Of a DNA stretch of 55,447 bases, positions 39,241 to 48,709 are shown piece by piece (the stretch's first letter is position 1; each line of letters begins with the position of its first letter). The notes beneath the pieces are model-generated. The model saw only the letters and a list, made by a program, of their open reading frames with translations. It did not search any database and was not told where the DNA came from. The stretch lies in the IMG/VR virus record IMGVR_UViG_3300042991_000477, positions 1 to 55,447 of that record, one strand, 5' to 3'. The DNA is from a virus (lineage: Duplodnaviria > Caudoviricetes). A program made the position numbers and the translations under genes.

Positions 39241-41667
39241 TTAATATCTTTTAATGTAAATATCCATTATAGTAGTAGCAATATTTGTTGAATATTCTGA
39301 CCAGTTTGTTCCACCATCTGTTGTTTTTAAAATTTTACCCTCATCTGTTCCTACCCAGCCAATGCTTTCATTTATGAATACACTGCTTAATATACTATTA
39401 ACAGTTTCTGGTAAATTTGATGATAAATCAATCCAAGTTGAACCACTATCAGATGATGCCCAACATTTACCTGATACAGGAGATACGCTTCCATCGCTTG
39501 AACCAAAAATAAATATATTACCTGGAGTTGGAAATGATATTGAATTCATAGTATGAGAATGTGACACTCCTGAGTTGGCTTCATTAATGAATACTGATGC
39601 TGATACTTTTGACCAAGTTTCGCCACTATTAACACTTTTAAGTACTCTAGTTGTTTGATCATCACTTTGACTAGAAATAATAAATCCTGTATTACCATTA
39701 AAGATAACATCGTCTAATACTATATCATCAGTAAGACCACTCATAGTTGATATAGTCCAATTTATTCCACTATTTGTTGTTGATATAAGATTATTTATAA
39801 GAAGATCTGTTTCAGACCTAGTACCAACAATATTTTTATAATTTAATGCGTACAGACTATTAATCCATCCAGTTATACCTGATTTTGAAATACTCCATGT
39901 ATCATTAGAAGTTGTATATTTAAGTATAGTATCATCATTAGCACCTATATAAATATTAGTACCCAATTCTTTTGTTGCACATGCGAAATTTTTATCTGCT
40001 GCAATTGCAGGAAGATTTGATGCTTGATCTATCCAAGTAGTACCACTATCTATTGTTTTTAGTGCTCCACCTATTTTATTTGAATCTGCACTACCAAATA
40101 CAAATCCAGTACCAGGATTAATGAAGGAAATAGCTCTATAATTATCTGTTGTTGCACCTGTATGTACAATTGACCATGTGCTACCATCGTTAGTTGATTT
40201 CATTATATATTTTTGTGATACTGCAAATAATGTATTTGCTGAAAGTGTCGTTGTAGTGGTAGTTGTTGGAGCCAATGTTGTTGTTATTATAGGTGATGTT
40301 GTTGTAGTAGTGGTAGTTGGTGTTAATGTTGTTGTAGTGGTGGTTGTTGTTGGAGTCAATGTTGTAGTGGTAGTTGTATTACCAGTTGTACAAGATTGTG
40401 AAATTAATACTGTTCCACCACTTATATTTCCAGAATATATTGAATCATCATTATATGTAGTATTCCAACCATAATAACCAGTTATATTATATATGTTTAA
40501 TAGAGATGTATCAGTATAAAAGTTAGTAATACTTAAAGGATTTGATTCTACAGCATATCTAGGTGTGGTGTTAAGATATCTACCACAAGCATCACTTAAA
40601 GATATAAATAAGCCTGTAGTTAAATAATAAGTATAATAAGGATCTGATGTTGTGGTAGTAGTTGTTAAAGAACAAACTCCAAGTTGTGTATAAATACCAA
40701 CAGTACTAATAGCTCCATATGGATTTGATGGTCCGTGTGGATTAGCATAATAATATCCACCACCATTAAATAATCCACCATGCCAAAAATAGTAAATAGC
40801 TCCATTTCTTAAAGTGTCACCACTTATAAGTGAGTATGCTGTAAAAATTTTCACACCTTCACTATTACATAAATTTGAAGGAAATGATGCTCTATAAACA
40901 TCTTCAACCATATATAAAGGACCAATTAATATAATATCAACAATATTATTAACGTTTGGTAAAATTGTTGGTATTACAGTTTCTGTTGTATAACCTGTTG
41001 CTGAACATGTAACTATACTTTGACCTATAGGTACAGTTAAAATATAATAACCATTAATATCAGTATATGCTATTAAACCAGAAACTTCAATGGTTGCACC
41101 AGATAAAACTGTTGTCCCACTTTCAGTAACACCACTAACATGTCATGACATGGTTGAAAATTGAGATGAAAAAACATTACTATTATAAAAAACAGCACCA
41201 TCTGTAATATTATTATAAAAAATTCCACCATTACAAGAAACTTTACTTAAATATTGATGTTTTAATTTATAACCTGTTGTTATATCATTATAATATCTAT
41301 TTATTACAATTTCATTTTTATTTTTATCAACATATAAGATTTTATAACCAAAATTATAAGTGGAATATATTACATTAGAATTATCAAGTCTAAAAACATC
41401 AGGGTAATCATTTAATTCTAAATAAGTTATATAAATTGTATCTCCAATTTCGAAATTACTTTCAACTTCAGTATATAATTTAATATAACCATTCCAATTA
41501 CTATATGTTTCTAATATTTTAACTGCATTTTTAATATTTATATACTCTTTTTTAGTATTATTTGCTTGTATTAAAATTTTAGGATTAATAGTAGTTGTAT
41601 TACTTGTGTTAGGTTCAGGTAATGGTAATCTAGTTGTTTTCTTATTTGAAATTTTTAATCTTGACAT
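39241..41667 (-). CDS. Large putative virion surface protein (carboxypeptidase-regulatory-like domain, poly-Thr linker, BNR/YCF48 beta-propeller), interrupted by an in-frame TGA at 41143-41145
   Basis: ORFs 41143-41667 and 39241-40911 are in frame across 77 open codons (VLSGATI..YTDINGYY.L); repeated S/T-x-D/N-x-G-x-T/N-W boxes. Confidence 0.75.
40245..40378 (-). repeat. Poly-threonine coding low-complexity repeat
   Basis: TTTTTTLTPTTTTTTTTLTPTTTTTTTSPIITTTLAPTTTTTTT. Confidence 0.9.
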
Positions 41668-41718
41668 ACATAATGTGAAATTTTAACTATATATTAAAAT
41701 AGTTCTTTTCTTATTTTT

Positions 41719-42456
41719 TTATTGACTGTAAATCTTATCATATAATCTATTTGTTGTGTTAATAAGTTTTTCAATTTTACCTTCTTTTCTTAATTTTTTA
41801 AATACTAAATTCTCAATTGAAAATTCACCACTAGTTGATAAGCCATCTTTTCTAGCTTTCATTATTTTTTTTAATAACTCTTTACTATTATTATAATATT
41901 GTTCAGAATCATAAGAATCTGATTTTCTTTTTGATATTTTTTCTAATTCTTCAATATCATAAACTCTGGCCTCATATTTAATATTAACATCCTCTGTATT
42001 TACGTTTGGTGGATTATAAGAAGGTTTAATTATCCATTTACTATTTAATAATGAATATTGTCCAGATGCAACATGTGCTTCATTTTTATCTTGTACATAT
42101 AATTCAACATCATGTCCTTTTATTACTATATTGTGTTTTAAATTCCATATAAATCTTTGTCCATCAAAAGCTTTTTTTACTAGTGATACATCTTCATTAA
42201 CTTCTGAAAAATCTATAATTATATGAACGTCTAAATCTGAAGATGCTGTATAATTATAGTTGGAAATTGAACCAGTTAATATAATATCTGATATTTCTGT
42301 ATTAATATCTAAATCTTTATGAAAATCTCTAGCTATTCTCAATAATTTCTCTTTAATTCTTTCAATTACATTATTGTTTTCCCAAATATCTGGACATAAT
42401 TTATTTTTATAATTAACTTTTCTTTCAAATATTATAAATTCATTAAAATTTTTCAT
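41719..42456 (-). CDS. Pol-beta-type nucleotidyltransferase with MKNFNEFIIFE leader
   Basis: TGSISNYNY...SDLDVH...VELYVQD. Confidence 0.8.
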   Translation of the reverse strand: MKNFNEFIIFERKVNYKNKLCPDIWENNNVIERIKEKLLRIARDFHKDLDINTEISDIILTGSISNYNYTASSDLDVHIIIDFSEVNEDVSLVKKAFDGQRFIWNLKHNIVIKGHDVELYVQDKNEAHVASGQYSLLNSKWIIKPSYNPPNVNTEDVNIKYEARVYDIEELEKISKRKSDSYDSEQYYNNSKELLKKIMKARKDGLSTSGEFSIENLVFKKLRKEGKIEKLINTTNRLYDKIYSQ

Positions 42457-42476
42457 ATATTTATATATTAAAAAAA

Positions 42477-42505
42477 TAAACTTAATTTTTAATTTGATTT
42501 ATATT
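42477..42505 (+). promoter_or_regulatory. TAAACTT-N16-TATATT promoter candidate
   Basis: Upstream of 42523. Confidence 0.55.
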
Positions 42506-42522
42506 AAAGTTAAAGTAGTATT

Positions 42523-42999
42523 ATGATTATAGCATTATCAAATGAGAAAATAAATATCGGAGATATTGTAATAAATATTAAAGATATTAATGAAAAATAT
42601 TATATAATAACTGCTGGTCAGGAATTTTATGTTGTTGACTATGATAAAAAATATGATTTATACATTATTAAGTCTGAAGATTTAATAATAAGATTATCAA
42701 AATCTTTTTTAACTAAAAAAATAAATTTAAAAAACGCTAAAAATGAGTATATAGAAAGATGTGATAGACATGAATATAATAGTTATATTTTTAGTAAATG
42801 TCCAAATAAAGCATATGGTTATGGTGATAGGGAACAATATGATGCTTGTAAAATATTAGAACAAAAAGGTTATTATGGTGCGTATTGTAGACCAAGTTTA
42901 AAATGTGCAAAATATTTAACTAAAGAAGATAGAAATAATAATAAATTATTATTAAAATATTTAAGAATTAAAAAAATTAAAAAAATAAATGAAAATTGA
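42523..42999 (+). CDS. RKxKL-tail family protein (SH3/KOW-like N-terminus, Cys-rich C-terminus)
   Basis: INIGDIVI...YLRIKKIKKINEN. Confidence 0.75.
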   Translation: MIIALSNEKINIGDIVINIKDINEKYYIITAGQEFYVVDYDKKYDLYIIKSEDLIIRLSKSFLTKKINLKNAKNEYIERCDRHEYNSYIFSKCPNKAYGYGDREQYDACKILEQKGYYGAYCRPSLKCAKYLTKEDRNNNKLLLKYLRIKKIKKINEN

Positions 43000-43696
43000 T
43001 GAATTAAAAAATAAAGTTGTAGATAAAATATCAGATTATATTGAATTTGATGTTAATATGATTTTTGATGTTGGTGAATATATTGCAATATATGGTGGTG
43101 CTGTTCGTGATAGTTTAGCTGAAATGCCAATAAATGATATTGATATTTTATGTTTATCAAAATCTGCTTTTAAAATAAAAGAATTGATTATTAGTCTTGG
43201 ATATAAAGAATTAGATTTATATGATAAGGATGCTATAGCTATGTATAATGATATACATATAATTAATGAGCCGTGGACATTTATGAATAATAATTTTAAA
43301 ACAATTCAAATAATAAGACCAGCGTTTGGTACACCTGAACACTTTTATAAAATATTAAAAAATGTTGATATTTCCTGTTGTGGTGTATTTTTAGATAAGA
43401 TGAGAAATAACATCTCATTAAAAGAATCTTGTCAAAATTCTATTTATCAATGTTTATCAAAAACATTTATAATTAATAGTTGGGCAGAATTATATGCATC
43501 TAATAGAACATTGTATAGAGAAGAAAAATTAAAATGTAGAGGTTGGTCAATTGAAAATGAAGATACAGATACTCAAAAAAATAGATTTTATAAATTAATT
43601 AATTTGGAATCGGAAGCTAATTATGATTATAAAATATGGACTGAGTTTGAATATAGAGGTAGAAAAAAACAAAAATATTATATTACCATACAGTGA
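42989..43696 (+). CDS. CCA/poly(A)-polymerase-head-like nucleotidyltransferase
   Basis: IYGGAVRD...INDIDI...VDISCC; may be fused to 43623-44099 via an A7 frameshift. Confidence 0.75.
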   Translation: MKIDELKNKVVDKISDYIEFDVNMIFDVGEYIAIYGGAVRDSLAEMPINDIDILCLSKSAFKIKELIISLGYKELDLYDKDAIAMYNDIHIINEPWTFMNNNFKTIQIIRPAFGTPEHFYKILKNVDISCCGVFLDKMRNNISLKESCQNSIYQCLSKTFIINSWAELYASNRTLYREEKLKCRGWSIENEDTDTQKNRFYKLINLESEANYDYKIWTEFEYRGRKKQKYYITIQ

Positions 43697-44099
43697 CAAT
43701 GATAATTATACAATTAAAATAGACAGTAGTACAATACATATAACGCACATAACTAATAAAACTAAAAAAGAAATAGTGGGCATTATTTCAACACATAAAA
43801 AAGATAATTTTACTGGTAAATCAAAATTCGGTGTAAAAATATACAAAAAAATATTTACTATAAGTTTAACATGCAAATCAACAGAACCATACATAAATAT
43901 TATAATAAATTATATCGTTAATAATATTAAACTTAATAAAATAAAACCTATTATAACAAAAAGACCTGGTTATATGTTTAATGAAAGATATGAATTAATA
44001 TTTGATGATAGTAATTACAACCAAATAATTGATAATATTAATAAATTATCAACAGAAGATATAGAAACACATATAAACGCAGATAAATACAATATCTAA
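43623..44099 (+). CDS. KYNI-tail protein (true start uncertain)
   Basis: Ends ETHINADKYNI. Confidence 0.65.
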   Translation: MIIKYGLSLNIEVEKNKNIILPYSDNDNYTIKIDSSTIHITHITNKTKKEIVGIISTHKKDNFTGKSKFGVKIYKKIFTISLTCKSTEPYINIIINYIVNNIKLNKIKPIITKRPGYMFNERYELIFDDSNYNQIIDNINKLSTEDIETHINADKYNI

Positions 44100-44173
44100 C
44101 AACAATACTATTAAAGACGCATACCCAATTTAAATACCAATTTTTAATTTTTATATAAACCTCTTAAAATCCG

Positions 44174-44202
44174 TAAACTTTCTTAAAAATATAACATACA
44201 TA
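44174..44202 (+). promoter_or_regulatory. TAAACTT-N16-TACATA promoter candidate
   Basis: Upstream of the LRR gene. Confidence 0.5.
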
Positions 44203-44214
44203 AAATAAAAAATT

Positions 44215-45259
44215 ATGGAACTATTTATACAATATTATATTAAAAAAGATAAAAATAAAGATAAAAATAATATAAATCATGGTGACTATATAGGGTATGA
44301 TGTAGAAGAAGATAAAGTACTATTCAAAAATAATTATATGTATGGACCTAATAATGATGATCATGAAAATGACTATTATGACGATTATAAAAATGACTCA
44401 AAAGTCTGCTGGATAGTTGACAGAAAACATGTAGATTTAAGATCTTTTAAAAATACAAACTATAAAATTATACAAAATTTAGAAATGAAAAATTTCATTT
44501 TTGATAATGATACAGACATTCTAAATATAGAAGAATGTAGTGTATATGAACTACCTAAATTACCCGACAATTTAAAAATAATAAATATTATTTCAACAAC
44601 ATTAAAATCATTACCTGAGCTACCAAATTCATTAGAAAAATTAACTTTAGATCCAAATATATTCATTGATAATAATATTAAATTACCAAATAACCTAAAA
44701 AAATTATATATAAGACAAGGTGATTTAAAATCATTACCTGAACTACCAGATTCTTTAGAAATTTTAGACTGTAGTGAAAATAAAATTAAAAATATAAATA
44801 CATTACCAAAAAACCTAAAAAAATTAAATTGTGATTCTAATAAATTAAAATCACTACCAAATTTTAATGATAATTTAAAGAAAATTAAATTGTGATTCTA
44901 ATAAATTAAAATCACTACCAGATTTTAATAAAAAATTAAAACTAATAAATTGTACAAATAATAAAATTGATAAATTCCCAAATTTAAAAAATAATAAAAA
45001 ATCACCACGAATATCAATAGATAATAATGTTATATCTGAAAATGAATTTAGACTATTTGAATTATTTGAAAATATACCTAACCCTAATGATCCAAAATTT
45101 GAAGATTATCAATTAAAGTGCCAATTTATTTGTGGTGATAATAATCTACCTTTTATTAATGAATATTCATATATGGAATGGTATAAAGATAAAGTAAATG
45201 ATAAAGATTTTAATATAAAATATAGAAAAGAAAAATTAACTACAATAAATAACAAATAA
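44215..45259 (+). CDS. Leucine-rich repeat protein with RKEKL tail (frameshift near 44884)
   Basis: LKSLPELP.SLE.L bacterial-type LRRs; duplicated LNCDSNKLKSLP unit shows one extra A; continues to YRKEKLTTINNK-stop. Confidence 0.8.
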
Positions 45260-45261
45260 AT

Positions 45262-45388
45262 ATAAAATTTCAAAGAATTTCCAAAAATATATAGAAAATT
45301 CTTTGAAATTTACCATAAATAGTGTCATAAAATGTCATAAAATGTCATAAAATGTCAAAAATTGTACGGAAATTCTTTGAAATTTTAT
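45262..45388. repeat. 21-bp perfect inverted repeat enclosing a third copy and 3.5 tandem TGTCATAAAA units
   Basis: ATAAAATTTCAAAGAATTTCC 45262-82 / reverse complement 45368-88; partial copy 45296-311; 10-mers 45323-61. Confidence 0.9.
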
Positions 45389-45569
45389 TTGAATATACAA
45401 ATATACTAAAACAAAAACCCGTACCACCGAGAACTATCCCAGTTTTTAAAAATGATCCTAAAATGAGCACCTATATTTAAGGTTGATCCTCAATTAGTTA
45501 TAACAAATTGAAAATCAGCATATTATAAATATATAACTATCTGATAATCAGCAAATTGCAAAGACATCT

Positions 45570-45597
45570 CATTATCATAATTATAATTATGTTCAAT
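45570..45597 (+). other. dif/Xer-like site
   Basis: CATTATCATAA-TTATAA-TTATGTTCAAT. Confidence 0.55.
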
Positions 45598-45602
45598 AAA
45601 AA

Positions 45603-45646
45603 ACTTAACATAATTATTATATTATTAAGTAAAAAATTTAACATAA
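45603..45646 (-). other. Two reversed XerD-like arms
   Basis: TTATGTTAAGT (45603-13) and perfect TTATGTTAAAT (45636-46) on the minus strand. Confidence 0.45.
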
Positions 45647-45665
45647 TATTTAATATATATGTATT

Positions 45666-45986
45666 ATGAGATATTTAAAATTTTATGAGCATGATTTTGA
45701 AAATAGTTATTATGGTATAAAGAAAGGTGATATTGTTATATACTCTGATCCTTCTAAAAGTAGATTAAAATATGGTGAAAGATATATAGTACATCAAACT
45801 CTAAAAATTGGAAGTGATAAAAAAGATGATATTATTACAAATGAAGTTAATAATTCAAGTGATGTTATAAAACTAACAGATATGAGTGGAAACCCCATAA
45901 CAGATAAATATGGAGAAATAATGTTATTTTATGCTCATAGATTTTCTATAGAAATACCATTCATGGCAAACAAATACAATATATGA
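45666..45986 (+). CDS. KYNI-tail family small protein (SH3/KOW-like core)
   Basis: MRYLKFYEH..IKKGDIVI..ANKYNI. Confidence 0.85.
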   Translation: MRYLKFYEHDFENSYYGIKKGDIVIYSDPSKSRLKYGERYIVHQTLKIGSDKKDDIITNEVNNSSDVIKLTDMSGNPITDKYGEIMLFYAHRFSIEIPFMANKYNI

Positions 45987-46258
45987 AACACCTAAAAACA
46001 TATGAAAAATTAGTTGGTGAACTACGAAGAAGAACTCCAAATTTCAAAGAGGGCGACTTTGTTATTTGTATTGATCCATATAATGATCCAGATAATACTT
46101 ATAATAATTTAGAAAGAGATAAACAATATCAAATAACATATTTAGAACAAAATTTTGATGGTGTCTGGCGTTGTTCAGTAGATGATAGAGAACAAAAGTA
46201 TTATTGTTTTAGATTCTTATCAGAATTAGAATACAACGCAAATAAATATAATATCTAA
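45983..46258 (+). CDS. KYNI-tail family small protein (SH3/KOW-like core)
   Basis: MKHLKTYEK..FKEGDFVIC..ANKYNI. Confidence 0.85.
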   Translation: MKHLKTYEKLVGELRRRTPNFKEGDFVICIDPYNDPDNTYNNLERDKQYQITYLEQNFDGVWRCSVDDREQKYYCFRFLSELEYNANKYNI

Positions 46259-46286
46259 AATTAATATATAATAAGAAAAGATAAAT

Positions 46287-46565
46287 ATGAAAAGAATAAA
46301 AATGTTTGAAGAGGTATGGCAACCTAATACTGATGAAACTACTTTTCCACCAGGTGCAAAAAATAATCAACCTAATGTTACTACAAGACAACTTCATGAT
46401 AAATTAAAGTCAGGTGATTTAACTCCTAGGGAAATTACCAATATGTATTTTAATCCATTAATTGATAATATTCAAAAACTCGATAACGAAATTTCTAGTG
46501 AATTAATAGCTTATTATATACAAAAATTAGAAACATTATCACAAGCAAATACCTACAATATTTAA
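46287..46565 (+). CDS. KYNI-tail family small protein
   Basis: MKRIKMFEE..ANTYNI; TAATATATA at 46262. Confidence 0.85.
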   Translation: MKRIKMFEEVWQPNTDETTFPPGAKNNQPNVTTRQLHDKLKSGDLTPREITNMYFNPLIDNIQKLDNEISSELIAYYIQKLETLSQANTYNI

Positions 46566-46655
46566 AATATCAAAGATGCTCAATGTTAAATTAATGTTAT
46601 CGTGGCCTTATTTAGAATTAGACTAAATAAAAATTACACCTGACAGTCATAATGT

Positions 46656-46683
46656 CAGTTACGTAATAATAATTATGTTAAAT
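46656..46683 (+). other. dif/Xer-like site with a perfect XerD arm
   Basis: CAGTTACGTAA-TAATAA-TTATGTTAAAT. Confidence 0.65.
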
Positions 46684-46823
46684 ATCAAAGATGCTCATTA
46701 TCAATGCTTTGCAATTTTATGATTTTTTGTCAGGTTATTATGTTAAGTTGTAACTAATTGGTTATCAATGGTTTATTTCTGTTTATCATAAGACCTATTA
46801 TTGGACATTAGATATAAATACTT

Positions 46824-47462
46824 TTATTTCTTTTTTTGTCCACGCTCCAGTGCTTTGTTTTTAATTTTATTTTTTGTATCTTGCGAGATTTTTCTTTTTA
46901 CACCATTATTTTTTTCTAAATATTCTTGATATTGTCTTTTTTTAGTTTCACTAATTTTAATTTTAACTTCTTCACTTCTTGATTTTCCTATTTTAGGTAG
47001 TCCAATTTTTATTTTATGGTTATCTGTAAGTTTTCGTCCTTTATTATTTTTTTGTATATATCCATTATCTCTTTTATTTTTCCATGTTTCTTTTAACTTT
47101 GCTTTTGTTTCATCAGAATGTTTAGTATTTGTTCTATGATGTATATTAGCAAGTTTTGCTTCTTCTAAAGATCTAGATGATGGTATATAAAAATCATAAT
47201 CTTTTCTGGTGTTTCTACAATTTGTACCAAACGCTAATATATGAAAAGCTGCTGCTATTTGTTTATTATCAGGATATATTCTATGTAATAACCAATGTGA
47301 AAGAAAATGCTCTCTGTATGTCAATTTAACTATATTTTCAGCAATATTACTACCATTCATACATTTTGGTATAATATGATGTTTCTCAAAATATTGATTC
47401 TTATTAAATGTTCTAAACTTTGCTCTATTCATAATAGAGTCATATACTTTTAAATAATTCAT
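46824..47462 (-). CDS. HNH homing endonuclease with NUMOD3 repeats
   Basis: EKHHIIPKCMNG..NIVKLTYREHFLSHWLL; KHSDETKAKL, SEEVKIKIS. Confidence 0.88.
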   Translation of the reverse strand: MNYLKVYDSIMNRAKFRTFNKNQYFEKHHIIPKCMNGSNIAENIVKLTYREHFLSHWLLHRIYPDNKQIAAAFHILAFGTNCRNTRKDYDFYIPSSRSLEEAKLANIHHRTNTKHSDETKAKLKETWKNKRDNGYIQKNNKGRKLTDNHKIKIGLPKIGKSRSEEVKIKISETKKRQYQEYLEKNNGVKRKISQDTKNKIKNKALERGQKKK

Positions 47463-47556
47463 AAATTTTATATTTATATATAAATTTAAATAGGTTCTAA
47501 AGTGGTATTATGTTAACTAACTTTGCAACTTTGTTATTTAGAATGAATCTAAACTT

Positions 47557-47620
47557 AAAAAAAAGTCATGACCACTTAAAACTCCCCGAAGTTTTACCTT
47601 CGCCCTTCATCTTAGATGAC
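47557..47620 (-). ncRNA. Candidate small structured RNA or leader
   Basis: Follows a full promoter; GC-richer hairpins; ends in T8; only a 14-codon ORF. Confidence 0.35.
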
Positions 47621-47624
47621 AGTA

Positions 47625-47656
47625 CAAAGATAAATATTAATATTGTTATTACCAAA
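47625..47656 (-). promoter_or_regulatory. Bacteroidota sigma-A-type promoter
   Basis: TTTG-N20-TATCTTTG. Confidence 0.7.
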
Positions 47657-47727
47657 TTTATAGTATATTATTTATATAGTTTCACTTAGAAGTCACATCA
47701 TATTTTATATATAGAATAAAAAATAAT

Positions 47728-48261
47728 ATGCTAAAAGAATGTATATTGTGTAATATAAAAAAAGAAGAAGATGAATTTGTATTTAGAACAGATACTAATA
47801 AGTATAGAACTGTTTGTAAAGAATGTAATAAAATATTAAAAAGAAAATATAGAAATAATAAAGAAAGAAATAGAACAGATCAAAAAAAATATTATCTAAA
47901 CAACAAAGAAAAAGTATTAACAAGAGTTAAAAATTATAAATTAAAAATGAAAGATGATCCTAATTATAAATTAATTAGATCATTAAGAAGACGAATGTAT
48001 AATTTTTTTAAAGGTAATATTTTTAGTAAAAAAAGTACAATTGAATTAATAGGTTGTAATCAAACAGACTTAAAAAAACATATTGAATCATTATTTACGG
48101 AAGGAATGAATTGGAATAATTATGGTTATTACGGTTGGCATATTGATCATAAGATAGCATTATCTAATGCACAAACAAATGAGGAAATTTATAAATTATG
48201 TCATTATACAAATTTACAACCTTTATGGTGTAAAGATAACTTATCAAAAAATAAATATTAA
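47728..48261 (+). CDS. HNH-type endonuclease
   Basis: CILC/CKEC; LIGC..LKKHIE..GMNWNNYG..WHIDH..HYTNLQPLW..NLSK. Confidence 0.85.
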   Translation: MLKECILCNIKKEEDEFVFRTDTNKYRTVCKECNKILKRKYRNNKERNRTDQKKYYLNNKEKVLTRVKNYKLKMKDDPNYKLIRSLRRRMYNFFKGNIFSKKSTIELIGCNQTDLKKHIESLFTEGMNWNNYGYYGWHIDHKIALSNAQTNEEIYKLCHYTNLQPLWCKDNLSKNKY

Positions 48262-48270
48262 ATCATAATA

Positions 48271-48299
48271 TAAACTTCTTTGAAATTTTAAACTATATT
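48271..48299 (+). promoter_or_regulatory. TAAACTT-N16-TATATT promoter candidate
   Basis: Upstream of the GNAT gene. Confidence 0.55.
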
Positions 48300-48313
48300 A
48301 ATCATCATAAATA

Positions 48314-48709
48314 ATGCAGTGTATATTCAATTTTTTCACAGGGAACAGCAATGTTCCCTTTTTTATTATGAATAGAAATGAAGGTATAAAATTTAAAGAT
48401 GATATATTCAGAACTGAACACGGTTCAATAAGATATAGAATATATGAGGACAACATAGTTATCTTCATGGGTTCTTACGTTGATAAGATGTACAGAGGAC
48501 ATGGAATATTTAAAGAAATGTTAACCACGCTACTAAATCAAATAAGCATCTATGATATTTATGCACCAGTATCAAATAGTAATGTAATAAACTTATTTAA
48601 AAGGATGGGCTTTGAAATTTATAATGAACCAATAAGATACTGGAGACAATGCGAGAATACTACTAATATGTATAAAAAAAAGGAGAGTGGCCAGACTCTC
48701 CCTTGTTAA
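48314..48709 (+). CDS. GNAT acetyltransferase
   Basis: YVDKMYRGHGIF acetyl-CoA motif; N..VINLFKRMGF. Confidence 0.8.
   Translation: MQCIFNFFTGNSNVPFFIMNRNEGIKFKDDIFRTEHGSIRYRIYEDNIVIFMGSYVDKMYRGHGIFKEMLTTLLNQISIYDIYAPVSNSNVINLFKRMGFEIYNEPIRYWRQCENTTNMYKKKESGQTLPC
48674..48701 (-). terminator. Intrinsic terminator
   Basis: GGAGAGT-ctggcc-ACTCTCC followed by T8 on the minus strand. Confidence 0.75.

Noticed and set aside
40178-40474. Poly-valine ORF on the plus strand
   Set aside because: Antisense shadow of the poly-Thr linker.
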